Under the pieces are notes generated by a model, which saw only the letters and a list, made by a program, of their open reading frames with translations, made no database searches and was not told where the DNA came from. Shown in pieces: positions 40,997-50,944 of a stretch of 64,000 nt of DNA. This DNA comes from Hydrurus foetidus (lineage: Eukaryota), in contig UYFQ01000001.1 of the NCBI GenBank assembly GCA_900617105.1, forward strand, positions 3,968,001 to 4,032,000, read 5' to 3'. How positions within the stretch are numbered: position 1 is the first letter of the stretch; each line of letters begins with the position of its first letter. A program made the translations under genes and the position numbers.

Positions 40997-41872
40997 ATGT
41001 CGTTTTTTAACTTTCGCCGGGGTTCCAATTCTGCACCCCAGCCGCCGGGCGCCGGGCAGCCAGAAACGATGGACGCGATTCGCAAACGGGCCAAGCACAG
41101 GTTGATAGGTGCAGCCGTTTTGGTGCTGATTGGCGTAGTTGGCTTTCCGCTGCTTTTTGATGCACAGCCCCGCCCGGTGGCCGTCGACATCCCGATCGAG
41201 ATCCCTGGCAAAAATAGCGTCAAGCCTTTGACGCTGCCCGCCAAACCCGATGCGCTGAGCAGCGCACCGAACAAATCCGAGTCCCAAGCAGTTGCGGCAA
41301 AACCTGAACAGACCGAAAAGACCGAAAAGACCGAAAAGACAGACAAAGTGGCTGCTGCGGCCAGTTTGGGCAGCCAAGAAGAAATAGTGACAGATAAAAA
41401 GCCTGAAGCCCAATTAAAACAGGCGCCAGCGGCTATAAAAAAAGAAGCAGATAAAGTCGCTAAGGCAGAGCCAGCAACTCCTTCAAAACCTGAACCGAAG
41501 CCTGAAGCCAAGCCCGAACCCAAGCCCGAAACCAAACCTGAAACCAAGCCAGTTGCCAAGATTGACGACGGCGCCCGAGCCAAGGCTTTGCTAGACGGCC
41601 AAAGCGCCACCGCCCCCAAGCCTGCAGCTGCTAATGCTGCCGATCAACGATTGGTGGTGCAGGTCGGCGCGTTCGCAGACGCCGACAAGGCCAAAGAAGT
41701 ACGGCAAAAACTCGAAAAAGCGGGCCTCAAAACCTACACCCAAGTAGCGCAAACCAAAGACGGCGAGCGCACCCGCGTGCGTGTGGGCCCGTTTGCCAGC
41801 AAGGCTGATGCCGAAAAAGCCGCCAGCAAAATCAAATCGCTTGATTTGCCCGCCGCCATATTGACGCTGTGA
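40997..41872 (+). CDS. dedD: SPOR-domain cell division protein, DedD-like
   Basis: RLIGAAVLV TM segment, Pro/Lys/Glu linker, VQVGAF...RVRVGPF SPOR domain; folC-dedD-cvpA-purF synteny. Confidence 0.88.
   Translation: MSFFNFRRGSNSAPQPPGAGQPETMDAIRKRAKHRLIGAAVLVLIGVVGFPLLFDAQPRPVAVDIPIEIPGKNSVKPLTLPAKPDALSSAPNKSESQAVAAKPEQTEKTEKTEKTDKVAAAASLGSQEEIVTDKKPEAQLKQAPAAIKKEADKVAKAEPATPSKPEPKPEAKPEPKPETKPETKPVAKIDDGARAKALLDGQSATAPKPAAANAADQRLVVQVGAFADADKAKEVRQKLEKAGLKTYTQVAQTKDGERTRVRVGPFASKADAEKAASKIKSLDLPAAILTL
41311..41345 (+). repeat. 9-bp coding tandem repeat (GACCGAAAA; TEK) in the dedD linker
   Basis: GACCGAAAA x3 followed by GACAGACA. Confidence 0.85.
41396..41448 (-). repeat. Repeat copy R11, in frame within dedD (antisense)
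   Basis: Plus strand GCCCAATTAAAACAGGCGCCAGCGGCTATAAAAAAAGAAGC aligns ungapped with R14; read as AQLKQAPAAIKKEA. Confidence 0.75.
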
Positions 41873-42354
41873 CCACACTGGATTGGGCGCTGCTCGGCGT
41901 GTTGGGGCTGTCGATGTTGATCGGCGCCTGGCGCGGGCTGGTGTACGAAGTTTTGTCGGTGATGGGCTGGGCGGTGTCTTTTTTCGCGGCACAGTGGTTT
42001 GCGCCTGTTGTGGCCAGCATGTTGCCGCTGCAGTCGGCTGGCCAGTCTGTGCGTTATGCGGCGGCGTTCGTGCTGGTATTTATCGGTGTGCTGGTGGTGT
42101 GCAGCTTGTTAACGGTAGCGATTAAAAAGTTTGTGCAGGCGGTGGGGCTGCGGCCAATAGACAGAACTCTAGGCGCAGGTTTTGGCCTGCTGCGTGGGGT
42201 AATTTTGCTGCTGGCGGCTACCGTCGTGATGAACATGACCGCGCTGAAAAACAGCAGCTGGTGGCAAGAGTCCACGGGGGCAGGTGTATTGAATACAGCC
42301 TTGATTACGCTCAAGCCGATGCTGCCAGAACAGTTTGCAAAGTATTTGATTTAA
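41869..42354 (+). CDS. cvpA: CvpA family protein
   Basis: RGLVYE, DRTLGAGFGLLRG; synteny. Confidence 0.9.
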   Translation: MTTLDWALLGVLGLSMLIGAWRGLVYEVLSVMGWAVSFFAAQWFAPVVASMLPLQSAGQSVRYAAAFVLVFIGVLVVCSLLTVAIKKFVQAVGLRPIDRTLGAGFGLLRGVILLLAATVVMNMTALKNSSWWQESTGAGVLNTALITLKPMLPEQFAKYLI

Positions 42355-42392
42355 CCCGAAATTCGAACCAAAATTTTCATGAAGAAAACACC

Positions 42393-43910
42393 ATGTGCGG
42401 CATAGTCGGCGTCGTTAGCCAAGCGCCGGTTAACCAGTTAATTTACGACGGCTTGCTGCTGCTGCAACACCGTGGGCAAGACGCGGCGGGCATCGTTACG
42501 CAGCTTGACCGCAAATTTTTCATGCATAAAGCCAAAGGCATGGTGCGCGATGTTTTTCGTACCCGCAACATGCGTGCGCTGCCGGGCAATGTCGGTTTGG
42601 GGCAGGTGCGTTACCCCACTGCAGGCAATGCGTTCAGTGAAGACGAGGCGCAGCCGTTTTACGTCAACGCGCCTTTCGGCTTGGTGCTGTCGCACAACGG
42701 CAACTTAACCAACGCGGCCGAGCTAAAGGCCGAGCTGTTCAACACCGACCATCGGCACATCAACACCGACAGCGACTCTGAAGTACTTCTCAATGTGCTG
42801 GCCCATGAGCTCGAAAAAACCACGCGCGGCCTGCCGTTAAAAGCAGCTGATGTGTTTGCCGCGGTGCGCGGCGTACACCAGCGCGTGAAGGGCTCTTACG
42901 CCGTGGTGGCGCTGATTGCGGGGCACGGCTTGCTGGCGTTTCGTGACCCGTTCGGCATCAGGCCGCTGTGCATGGGCAGCACATCGGTCGGCGGCGCGCG
43001 CACCGTGATGGTGGCCAGCGAGTCCGTGGCGCTTGACGGCACAGGCCACCAGTTTGACCGCGACATCGACCCCGGCGAGGCCGTGTTTGTCGATTTGGAC
43101 GGCCAGGTGTACGCCCAGCAATGCGCTGCCAACGCGGTGCTCAAACCCTGCATTTTTGAATTTGTGTACTTGGCCCGGCCCGACTCGGTACTCAGCGGTA
43201 TTTCGGTTTACCAGGCGCGACTAAATCTCGGTGAAACGCTGGCCAAGAGAGTCATTTCTACTGTGCCGCCGAACGAGATTGACGTGATTATTCCGATCCC
43301 CGAGTCGAGCCGCCCAAGTGCCACGCAACTCGCGCATTTACTGGGTATTCCGTATCGCGAAGGCTTTGTTAAAAACCGCTACGTGGGCCGCACCTTCATC
43401 ATGCCGGGGCAGGGCGTGCGCAAAAAATCGGTGCGCCAAAAGCTCAACGTGATTGCCAGCGAATTCAAAGGCCGCAACGTGCTGCTGGTAGACGACTCAA
43501 TTGTGCGCGGCACCACCAGCCGAGAGATTGTGCAAATGGCGCGTGATGCCGGCGCAAAAAAAGTGTATTTAGCCAGCGCTGCGCCGCCCGTTCGCTTTCC
43601 TAACGTGTACGGCATTGACATGCCGACCTCAGCCGAGCTGGTGGCGCACGACCGCACTGTGGAGCAGATTCGCGTGGCGATTGGGTGCGACGCGCTGATT
43701 TATCAAGATGTTGACGGCATGAAGCGCGCCATCGGCTCGCTTAACCCGAAGCTCGATGGCTTTGATGCATCGTGTTTTGATGGCGTGTACGTCACGGGCG
43801 ACATCACGCCCGAATCAATTGCCAAAATGAACGCGGGCCGCATAGACAGCGGTGAAGAAGGCGGCGTGGATGTGTCGCGCCTGGCGCTGCCCAATCCTGA
43901 AGAAGTGTGA
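42393..43910 (+). CDS. purF: Amidophosphoribosyltransferase
   Basis: MCGIVG, QHRGQD, VDDSIVRGTTS. Confidence 0.97.
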   Translation: MCGIVGVVSQAPVNQLIYDGLLLLQHRGQDAAGIVTQLDRKFFMHKAKGMVRDVFRTRNMRALPGNVGLGQVRYPTAGNAFSEDEAQPFYVNAPFGLVLSHNGNLTNAAELKAELFNTDHRHINTDSDSEVLLNVLAHELEKTTRGLPLKAADVFAAVRGVHQRVKGSYAVVALIAGHGLLAFRDPFGIRPLCMGSTSVGGARTVMVASESVALDGTGHQFDRDIDPGEAVFVDLDGQVYAQQCAANAVLKPCIFEFVYLARPDSVLSGISVYQARLNLGETLAKRVISTVPPNEIDVIIPIPESSRPSATQLAHLLGIPYREGFVKNRYVGRTFIMPGQGVRKKSVRQKLNVIASEFKGRNVLLVDDSIVRGTTSREIVQMARDAGAKKVYLASAAPPVRFPNVYGIDMPTSAELVAHDRTVEQIRVAIGCDALIYQDVDGMKRAIGSLNPKLDGFDASCFDGVYVTGDITPESIAKMNAGRIDSGEEGGVDVSRLALPNPEEV

Positions 43911-43911
43911 A

Positions 43912-45126
43912 ATGACTACCAACAAATTACCCGACAACCTGCACCGCGACACGCTGGCCGTGCGCGTGGCCATCGAGCCTAGCCAGTACGGCGAAAACTC
44001 CGAAGCGCTGTACTTGACCAGCGGCTTTTTGCAACCTGATGCCGAGACGTCGGCACGGCGTTTTGCAGGCACTGAAGACGGCTATACCTACGGCCGCACT
44101 TCCAACCCAACCGTGACCAGTTTTGAGCGCCGCCTTGCCGCAATGGAGGGTACTGAAGCCGCCATTGGCGCGTCGACTGGCATGGGCGCTATTTTGATGA
44201 TGTGCATGGGCCTCTTGAAGTCAGGTGACCACGTCATCTGCTCGCGCTCGATGTTCGGCTCCACCATTAATTTGATTGGCCGCGAGTTTGGCAAGTTTGG
44301 TGTGGAGACCAGCTTTGTTTCACAAACCGATGTGACTGAGTGGAAAGCCGCGCTGCGCCCCAACACCAAAATACTTTTTGCTGAAACGCCGACCAACCCC
44401 TTGACTGAGGTTTGCGACATTGCGGCGCTGGCTGACCTGGCACACAGCGCAGGCGCGTTGCTGGCCGTAGACAACTGTTTTTGCTCGCCTGCCTTGCAGC
44501 GCCCGATTGAGTTTGGTGCAGACTTGATCATCCATTCCGGCACTAAATATCTGGATGGCCAGGGCCGCGTGATGGCAGGCGCGATTTGCGGGCCCAGCAA
44601 ACTCATCGTCGATGTGTTCGGCCCGATTGTGCGCACCGCCGGCATGACGCTTGCGCCCTTTAATGCATGGGTAGTGCTCAAGGGGTTAGAGACTCTTGGT
44701 ATACGCATGCAGGCGCAAAGCGCCAATGCGCTGGCTATAGCGAAGTGGCTCGAAACCCAAAGCGCCGTGGCGCGTGTTTATTACCCCGGTTTGGCATCGC
44801 ACTCGCAGCACGATTTGGCGATGCGCCAGCAGTCAGGTGTGGGCGGGCCCGTGCTGTCGTTTGAGCTGCGGGGTGACACAGCTGATGCAGCTCGCGCCAA
44901 TGCATTTCATGTCATCAACAGCACCCAAGTGGTGAGTATTGCCACCAACTTGGGTGACACCAAAACCATCATTTGTCACCCGGGTACCACGTCGCATGGC
45001 CGCTTGACCGAGCAGCAACGCCAAGCTGCGGGCATTAGCCAAGGTTTGATTCGCCTGGCAGTTGGCCTGGACCATGTGGAAGACATCAAGGCCGATTTAC
45101 GGCGCGGCCTGGACAGCTTGAAATGA
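43912..45126 (+). CDS. metZ: O-succinylhomoserine sulfhydrylase
   Basis: [26 protein letters not shown]; follows purF. Confidence 0.88.
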   Translation: MTTNKLPDNLHRDTLAVRVAIEPSQYGENSEALYLTSGFLQPDAETSARRFAGTEDGYTYGRTSNPTVTSFERRLAAMEGTEAAIGASTGMGAILMMCMGLLKSGDHVICSRSMFGSTINLIGREFGKFGVETSFVSQTDVTEWKAALRPNTKILFAETPTNPLTEVCDIAALADLAHSAGALLAVDNCFCSPALQRPIEFGADLIIHSGTKYLDGQGRVMAGAICGPSKLIVDVFGPIVRTAGMTLAPFNAWVVLKGLETLGIRMQAQSANALAIAKWLETQSAVARVYYPGLASHSQHDLAMRQQSGVGGPVLSFELRGDTADAARANAFHVINSTQVVSIATNLGDTKTIICHPGTTSHGRLTEQQRQAAGISQGLIRLAVGLDHVEDIKADLRRGLDSLK

Positions 45127-46547
45127 CACCAACAACCCAAACGCGCACACGTTTTGCGCCGTCGCCGACAGGATTTATTCACCTTGGCAATATTCGCTCG
45201 GCGCTGTACCCGTGGGCATTTGCTCGCGCTACAGGCGGCGTGTTTGTGCTGCGTATTGAAGACACGGATGTTGAGCGCTCAAGTCAAGAGGCGGTAGATG
45301 TCATCATTGAAGGCATGCGCTGGCTGGGGCTTAACCACGACGAAGGCCCGTTTTTTCAAATGCAGCGCATGGCGCGGTACAAAGCGGTGCTGGCTGATTT
45401 GTTAGCCGCCGGTCATGTGTACCCCTGCTACATGAGCGTGGCCGAGCTTGACACACTGCGCGAAGCGCAAACCGCAGCCAAGCAAAAGCCGCGCTACGAC
45501 GGAACCTGGCGGCCCGAGCCGGGCAAAACGCTGCCAGCGGTGCCTGCAGGCGTACAACCCGTGCTGCGTTTCAAAAACCCGCAAGGCGGCTCGGTGGTGT
45601 GGGAAGACAAGGTCAAAGGCCGCATTGAAATCAGTAACGACGAGCTCGATGATTTGGTCATCGCCCGGCCGGACGGAACACCAACTTATAACTTTTGCGT
45701 GGTCGTAGACGATATCGACATGTCGATTACGCACGTGATTCGCGGCGACGACCACGTCAACAACACGCCGCGCCAAATCAATATTTTTCAAGCGTTGGGA
45801 AAAGACGTGCCGGTGTATGCGCACCTGCCCACCGTGATGACTGAGTCGGTTGATGAGCACGGCGAAAAACACGTGGCGAAGATGTCCAAGCGCAACGGGG
45901 CAAAACCCGTTACGCAATTTGCCGCTGAAGGATTTTTGCCTGATGCAGTGGTTAACTATCTCGCGCGGCTGGGTTGGAGTCACGGCGACGATGAAATCTT
46001 CAGTCGCGAGCAGTTTGTGAGCTGGTTTAATTTGGATCATTTGGGCAAAAGCGCAGCGCAGTTTGATGAAGCCAAACTGCGTTGGGTCAATGCCCAACAC
46101 CTCAAAGCGATGAGCGATGAAGCGTTGGCCGAAAGTGTTAAACCGTTTTTGGCAGTTGGCGTTGCTGCCGCCATTGCGCCTGCTCAGTTGGTTCGCGGCT
46201 GTGGCTTATTCAAAGACCGCTGCAGCACGCTGGTGGAACTTGCGGCTTGGCTAGACAAACTGGTATTGCCCGCGCAGCCCGGCGCCGACGATATGGCGGC
46301 GCACGTCACACCCGCCGCGCGGCCAGCAATCGAAAAATTAAGTCTGGCACTGGCCGCCTGCGAATGGAATAAAGCGGGTATCGCAGCGGCCATCAAGCAA
46401 GTGCTGCAAGACACCGGCTTGAAAATGCCGCAACTTGCCATGCCAGTGCGAGTCCTGGTGATGGGTACGCCACAAACCCCGTCGGTTGACGCGATTTTGG
46501 AGTTGATGACGCCCGCGGATGTGATTGCCCGGCTTTCGGTCTATTGA
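45123..46547 (+). CDS. gltX: Glutamate--tRNA ligase
   Basis: [29 protein letters not shown]. Confidence 0.96.
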   Translation: MTPTTQTRTRFAPSPTGFIHLGNIRSALYPWAFARATGGVFVLRIEDTDVERSSQEAVDVIIEGMRWLGLNHDEGPFFQMQRMARYKAVLADLLAAGHVYPCYMSVAELDTLREAQTAAKQKPRYDGTWRPEPGKTLPAVPAGVQPVLRFKNPQGGSVVWEDKVKGRIEISNDELDDLVIARPDGTPTYNFCVVVDDIDMSITHVIRGDDHVNNTPRQINIFQALGKDVPVYAHLPTVMTESVDEHGEKHVAKMSKRNGAKPVTQFAAEGFLPDAVVNYLARLGWSHGDDEIFSREQFVSWFNLDHLGKSAAQFDEAKLRWVNAQHLKAMSDEALAESVKPFLAVGVAAAIAPAQLVRGCGLFKDRCSTLVELAAWLDKLVLPAQPGADDMAAHVTPAARPAIEKLSLALAACEWNKAGIAAAIKQVLQDTGLKMPQLAMPVRVLVMGTPQTPSVDAILELMTPADVIARLSVY

Positions 46548-46551
46548 GCCC

Positions 46552-46581
46552 TTGAAAGGCCTCGCTTTTTCGGGCTATAAT
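46552..46581 (+). promoter_or_regulatory. Sigma70-type promoter of the tRNA operon
   Basis: TTGAAA-N18-TATAAT, 39 nt upstream of tRNA-Ala. Confidence 0.65.
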
Positions 46582-46620
46582 TCAAGGCTCGACAGAAATT
46601 GCAGCAATGCAAAATCTAAA

Positions 46621-46627
46621 GGGGGTA

Positions 46628-46669
<42 letters not shown>

Positions 46670-46696
46670 TCGGTTCGATCCCGTTTACCTCCACCA
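46621..46696 (+). tRNA. tRNA-Ala(GGC)
   Basis: Cloverleaf, CTTGC-AT-GGC-AT-GCAAG anticodon arm, CCA end. Confidence 0.96.
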
Positions 46697-46796
46697 ATTC
46701 ACATTGGTGAGTCGTTGAGAAGGATTTGATTTTTGAGAGAGTTTTTGTCTGGTTGATGCAGAAATGCTAAAACCTTTCTGGAAGTTCCAAGGCTTT

Positions 46797-46872
46797 GACC
46801 CCATCGTCTAGAGGCCTAGGACATCACCCTTTCACGGTGAGTACCGGGGTTCGAATCCCCGTGGGGTCGCCA
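46797..46872 (+). tRNA. tRNA-Glu(TTC)
   Basis: TCACC-CT-TTC-AC-GGTGA anticodon arm, GTTCGAATC, CCA end. Confidence 0.96.
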
Positions 46873-46994
46873 AGTTTTTACTGCAAAGTAAAATGGCACA
46901 AGCAGGCAGCAGCCTTCAGCAATGAAGGCACTTGGCTCGAAAGAGTGAACGCTGTTTAAAGTTGCCTAGTCGAGAAATCGGCTAGCGGCTACCA

Positions 46995-47071
46995 GGAGTG
47001 GTAGTTCAGTTGGTTAGAATACCGGCCTGTCACGCCGGGGGTCGCGGGTTCGAGTCCCGTCCGCTCCGCCA
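46995..47071 (+). tRNA. tRNA-Asp(GTC)
   Basis: CCGGC-CT-GTC-AC-GCCGG anticodon arm, CCA end. Confidence 0.96.
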
Positions 47072-47075
47072 GTTT

Positions 47076-47111
47076 AAAAGCCTTGTTGCTCATTGAGTAA
47101 CAAGGCTTTTT
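47076..47111 (+). terminator. Intrinsic terminator of the tRNA operon
   Basis: AAAAGCCTTGTTGCTC-ATT-GAGTAACAAGGCTTTTT. Confidence 0.85.
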
Positions 47112-47152
47112 GCTTACTCAAGCTCAGCAAAGTTTGCCCCACAATCGTTTGC

Positions 47153-47809
47153 ATGAAAAAACACTTTTCTGAAACTACTGGCCCGCAGCGTTTGGCCTAC
47201 GGCCTGGTTACCGCCGTGGCAGTAGCCGCACTGCCTTTGCCTATGGGCGGGGAATTTCGGGCGCTGCTGGCGTGGTGCGCCGGGTTGGCGGTGTATTTGG
47301 GCCTGGCCTGGTGGCTGTGTGTGGGCTTTGACGCTGAGCGCACTCGCGCGCGGGCGCAGGCGCAAGACGAGCCAAGCGCAGTGTTGTTTTTGGTGCTGCT
47401 GTTGGCCAATGTAGTTTGCGTGGCGGCTATCACGGTGCTGATGCAGCAAAGCCAGGATTTGTCGGGCCTGCAGCGCGGGCTGCATATTGGCTTGTCGGTG
47501 CTGGCGCTGGCGGCGTCGTGGCTGTTTATTCAAACCATGTTTACGTTTCGGTATGCGCACCGCTATTACTTTGAAGAAAAGCAAGCCGAGTCTGATGGTG
47601 CGGGCCTGAAATTTCCGGGCGGTTTGGATCCGGATTATTTTGACTTTTTGTACTACGCTTTTGTGGTGGGCATGACGTCTCAGGTGTCTGACGTGCAAGT
47701 CACGTCGCGTGAAATGCGCCGGTTAACCATGCTGCATGGCGTGCTGTCTTTTGGCTTCAATATGCTTATATTGGCGCTTAGTATCAACGTGGTGGCGGGC
47801 CTGCTCTAA
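47153..47809 (+). CDS. DUF1345 family membrane protein
   Basis: YAHRYY, FPGG..PDYFDFLY, GMTSQVSDV. Confidence 0.88.
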   Translation: MKKHFSETTGPQRLAYGLVTAVAVAALPLPMGGEFRALLAWCAGLAVYLGLAWWLCVGFDAERTRARAQAQDEPSAVLFLVLLLANVVCVAAITVLMQQSQDLSGLQRGLHIGLSVLALAASWLFIQTMFTFRYAHRYYFEEKQAESDGAGLKFPGGLDPDYFDFLYYAFVVGMTSQVSDVQVTSREMRRLTMLHGVLSFGFNMLILALSINVVAGLL

Positions 47810-48689
47810 ATTTGACCAAACCGGTGGCCAGTGCCGTTCCACAAACAATGATTGCCGCGCAAAGCACCATCCACGGCGTGATGACTTCTTTTAAAAACAC
47901 GGCGCCATAAAGCACTGCAAACACCGGGATTAAAAATGTCACGGTCAGCGTTCGCTGCGGGCCGGCTTTTTCAATCAGTCTGAAAAACAAAATGTAGGCG
48001 ATGCCGGTGCACGCCACGCCTAGCACCACCAGCGCGGCCCAGGCAGTGGCGCTGGGTGCGGTTTGTGGCCACAGCCAGAGGGCAGGCAAACACAGCCCAA
48101 GCGTGGCGCCGATCTGGCTCCCCGCTGCGGTCACCATGGGGTTGATGCCGCCCATGTATTTTTTGGTGAAACTTGCTGCGTAGCCGTAGCACACGCAGGC
48201 CAGCAAACACGCCAGCACCGCCCAACCGGGCGCGATGCCCGAGGCGTCAGGTTTGAAGGTGGCCTTGTCCCACGCCAGCAGGGCGACGCCTGCAAAGCCA
48301 ATCACCAGCCCTGCAACGCGGGTCAGCGCGGGCTTGTCTTTAAGCCAGACCCATGCGATCAATGCGGCAAACATGGGCGTGGTGGCATTCAAAATGGCTG
48401 ACAAACCCGTGGTGATGGCCAGCAATGAAAACGCAAAACACGCAAACGGAATAGCCGAGTTGAAAAGGCCCAGAAAAAAGATCTTTTTCCAGTGTTGCTT
48501 CAACTCTGGCAGCAGGCCTTTCAGCACCACAATCGGCAGCAAAAACAGCGCGGCTATGCCCACGCGGGCAGCCGCTACGGGCAGCGGCCCAAAGTCGGCC
48601 AAAGCCAGCCGCGTGAATAAAAAGGATGAACCCCACATCGCGCCCAGGGCCACGTAGTCGGCCAGCCAGGCTTTTTTAGCAGTCGTCAA
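47784..48689 (-). CDS. EamA/DMT family transporter
   Basis: WGSSF, ILNATTP, ten hydrophobic segments. Confidence 0.9.
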   Translation of the reverse strand: MTTAKKAWLADYVALGAMWGSSFLFTRLALADFGPLPVAAARVGIAALFLLPIVVLKGLLPELKQHWKKIFFLGLFNSAIPFACFAFSLLAITTGLSAILNATTPMFAALIAWVWLKDKPALTRVAGLVIGFAGVALLAWDKATFKPDASGIAPGWAVLACLLACVCYGYAASFTKKYMGGINPMVTAAGSQIGATLGLCLPALWLWPQTAPSATAWAALVVLGVACTGIAYILFFRLIEKAGPQRTLTVTFLIPVFAVLYGAVFLKEVITPWMVLCAAIIVCGTALATGLVKFRAGPPPR

Positions 48690-49207
48690 AACAGATTCTC
48701 GGCAATTGCGCCCTCAAGCTTGAGCAGCGCGGTTTTACGGTCAAGCCCACCAGCATAGCCCGTTAGCGAGCCGTCTGCGCCCAGCGCCCGATGGCACGGC
48801 ACGATGATGCTGATCGGGTTGCGGCCTACAGCAGCGCCCACTGCCCGCACGGCCGCGGTGTTGCCGATGGTTTTACTGATACTGCCGTAGCTGCAAGTTT
48901 GGCCGGTGGCAATTTGCAACAGCGCTTGCCACACCGCTTGTTGAAAGGCGGTACCGCCAGACAAATCAAGCGTTAAATCGAACCCACTGCGCTCCCCCGC
49001 AAAGTATTCGGTGAGTTGCTTGGCGGCTTTTTTCAATACCGGATGCGCCGGATTCACTGGCCAACCTGGCGCCGCTGACAGCTCTGCGGGCAAGTGGCGC
49101 TGGCCGTCAAACCACACGCCCGCCAGCCCTGCGTGGGTTGCTGCCAGCGTCATGCTGCCCAAGGGGCTTTGGTAGGCACTTTGAACGATTGAAGGGTCGA
49201 ATTTCAT
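48686..49207 (-). CDS. ogt: Methylated-DNA--protein-cysteine methyltransferase
   Basis: GTAFQ, RAVG, VPCHR, LLKLE; start taken at ATG 49207. Confidence 0.92.
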   Translation of the reverse strand: MKFDPSIVQSAYQSPLGSMTLAATHAGLAGVWFDGQRHLPAELSAAPGWPVNPAHPVLKKAAKQLTEYFAGERSGFDLTLDLSGGTAFQQAVWQALLQIATGQTCSYGSISKTIGNTAAVRAVGAAVGRNPISIIVPCHRALGADGSLTGYAGGLDRKTALLKLEGAIAENLF

Positions 49208-49222
49208 GGTGTTTCCGTATAT

Positions 49223-49275
49223 TTTAGGGCTGTAGCCCAATAAATTCGGGCGCGAGCAGCTCATTAATTAATAGC
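49223..49275 (-). repeat. Interspersed repeat R12 (inside the ada-alkA/ogt operon spacer)
   Basis: Reverse complement GCTATTAATTAATGAGCTGCTCGCGCCCGAATTTATTGGGCTACAGCCCTAAA. Confidence 0.92.
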
Positions 49276-49278
49276 AAT

Positions 49279-50829
49279 TTATGCTAGTTTCATCTCTGCC
49301 CCACGCCACGTACCGGACCACGCTCGTATCACGGCATAACTGCGCCAGGGCTTCCACGGCAACGATGCAGCATCAGCCAGCCGTGCGGGGTTTTTAAGAC
49401 CCTGCACACCCAATATTTTGTGCAGCGCTACATCGCCCGCTGGAAAAGCGTCGGGCCAGCGCAGCGCGCGCATGGCGATGTACTGGGCCGTCCAGTCGCC
49501 AATGCCAGGCAACGCCTTCAGAGCTGCAACCGTGGCCTCTACATCTGCGCCGCCGTGCAGCTGCAATCCGCCAGCCACTGCCTTGGCCAGGCCAACGATG
49601 GCCGCTTGGCGTTGCCTGACGATGCCGAGTTGCCCCAGTTCATCGCCACTTGCCGCCGCCAGCACGGAAGGCGACGGAAACAGCTTGGTCAGCTCAGGCC
49701 ACGGCGTAACCATGGGCTCGCCGAACTTGTCGACCAGGCGCTGCGCCAGCGTGCGCGCCGCTGCCACCGTGATCTGCTGGCCCAACACGGCGCGCACCGC
49801 CAGCTCAAAGCCATCTAGTGCGCCGGGTACGCGCAGGCCGTCGCCTGTGGGAAAGTCGTCATGCAGCACCGTGTTAATGGCCTGGGGGTCGGCGTCTAAA
49901 TCAAATGCGGCACGTACCCGGCGAATCACCAGTGGCAGTACGCCGCAAAGCGAATCTGACACGGTCACCACCAGCTGCGAGCGCGCAATATCAAAGCGCA
50001 TTGCCAGCCAGCCAATGTGCTTTTTGCCTGCTGTTTCAGTACTAAATGTGCGTCTAGCCCAATATTCTTGGGCGTTAGCAGCTATAGATTCAATAGCAAT
50101 TGATTCGATGGTTTTAATGCGCCGGGTTTCCATGAACGCCAGCATGGCGGCCACGTCGTACGGTGGCCGAAAGCCCAGTTTGATAGTGATGCCTTGCGCA
50201 CTGCTGGTTGCGGGCGCGGCACGCCGCAACTGGGTTGGGTTGAGGTGGTAGTGCGCCAAAAACGCGGCATTAAAGCGCCGCACGCTGGCAAAGCCGCTCA
50301 TCAATGCAATCTGCGTGATGGGCAATAGCGTGTCTGCCAGCAGTTGCTTGGCATTGAGCAGCCTTCGCGTTTGCAGGTATCGCAGGGGCGACACGCCAAA
50401 TTGCGCTTCAAAAATACGGTGCAGATGCCTGGCCGAAATGCCAAGCTTTAACGCCAGCTTTTCTACAGACACCGGGGCGCTTGAACAACCCTCTGGTTCA
50501 TCCAGCAAACGCGCTGCCTGGTGCGCCAAAATATAAGAAGCATCTTGAATCGACCACACCACCGAATGCGGCGCCAGCTCTGGCCGGCAGCGCAGGCAAG
50601 GCCGGAAACCTGCGCTTTCTGCCTGCGCAGCCATACCGAAAAAGCGGCAGTTTTCGCGCTTGGGCGCTTTGACGCTGCACACCGGGCGGCAGTAAATACC
50701 GGTGGATGTCACGCCAGTAAAAAAGCTGCCGTCAAACCGGGCGTCGCGTGCCTTCATGGCAGCGTAGCAAGCGTCTGCCGATTCGCTGATATGGCTGCGG
50801 GTGGGGGTGCTGATCGTTTGCACTGACAT
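49279..50829 (-). CDS. alkA: Ada Zn-binding + AraC HTH + AlkA DNA-3-methyladenine glycosylase fusion
   Basis: GIYCRPVC, FRPCLRCRP, HTH, LGQQIT, LPGIGDWTA, WRSYA. Confidence 0.93.
   Translation of the reverse strand: MSVQTISTPTRSHISESADACYAAMKARDARFDGSFFTGVTSTGIYCRPVCSVKAPKRENCRFFGMAAQAESAGFRPCLRCRPELAPHSVVWSIQDASYILAHQAARLLDEPEGCSSAPVSVEKLALKLGISARHLHRIFEAQFGVSPLRYLQTRRLLNAKQLLADTLLPITQIALMSGFASVRRFNAAFLAHYHLNPTQLRRAAPATSSAQGITIKLGFRPPYDVAAMLAFMETRRIKTIESIAIESIAANAQEYWARRTFSTETAGKKHIGWLAMRFDIARSQLVVTVSDSLCGVLPLVIRRVRAAFDLDADPQAINTVLHDDFPTGDGLRVPGALDGFELAVRAVLGQQITVAAARTLAQRLVDKFGEPMVTPWPELTKLFPSPSVLAAASGDELGQLGIVRQRQAAIVGLAKAVAGGLQLHGGADVEATVAALKALPGIGDWTAQYIAMRALRWPDAFPAGDVALHKILGVQGLKNPARLADAASLPWKPWRSYAVIRAWSGTWRGAEMKLA
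50045..50097 (-). repeat. Repeat copy R13, in frame within ada-alkA (sense)
   Basis: Reverse complement GCTATTGAATCTATAGCTGCTAACGCCCAAGAATATTGGGCTAGACGCACATT, read as AIESIAANAQEYWARRTF. Confidence 0.88.
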
Positions 50830-50944
50830 GGCATTTATCTTACCTGCGCTGTCGGTTTTGACTGGCCGTTTTCGGACATGTCATCGGCGCCTTGGCAACC
50901 TACAATAAAATTCTTTTTCTCCTCAAGCACCTGGCTCACACTCC

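Noticed and set aside
40732..41619. 295-aa antisense ORF over dedD, and other long antisense ORFs (44088-44726, 45402-46100, 49418-50251)
   Set aside because: They are shadow ORFs of GC-rich genes with clear identities on the opposite strand.
46697..46994. Several small hairpins in the tRNA spacers (e.g. GCCTTCA-GCAA-TGAAGGC, CTAGTCGA-GAAA-TCGGCTAG) as a possible ncRNA
   Set aside because: They are consistent with ordinary tRNA-operon spacer stem-loops, and I see no independent promoter or terminator.
47784..47809. 26-bp convergent overlap of the DUF1345 and EamA genes
   Set aside because: Short 3' overlaps are common, and nothing else suggests a function.
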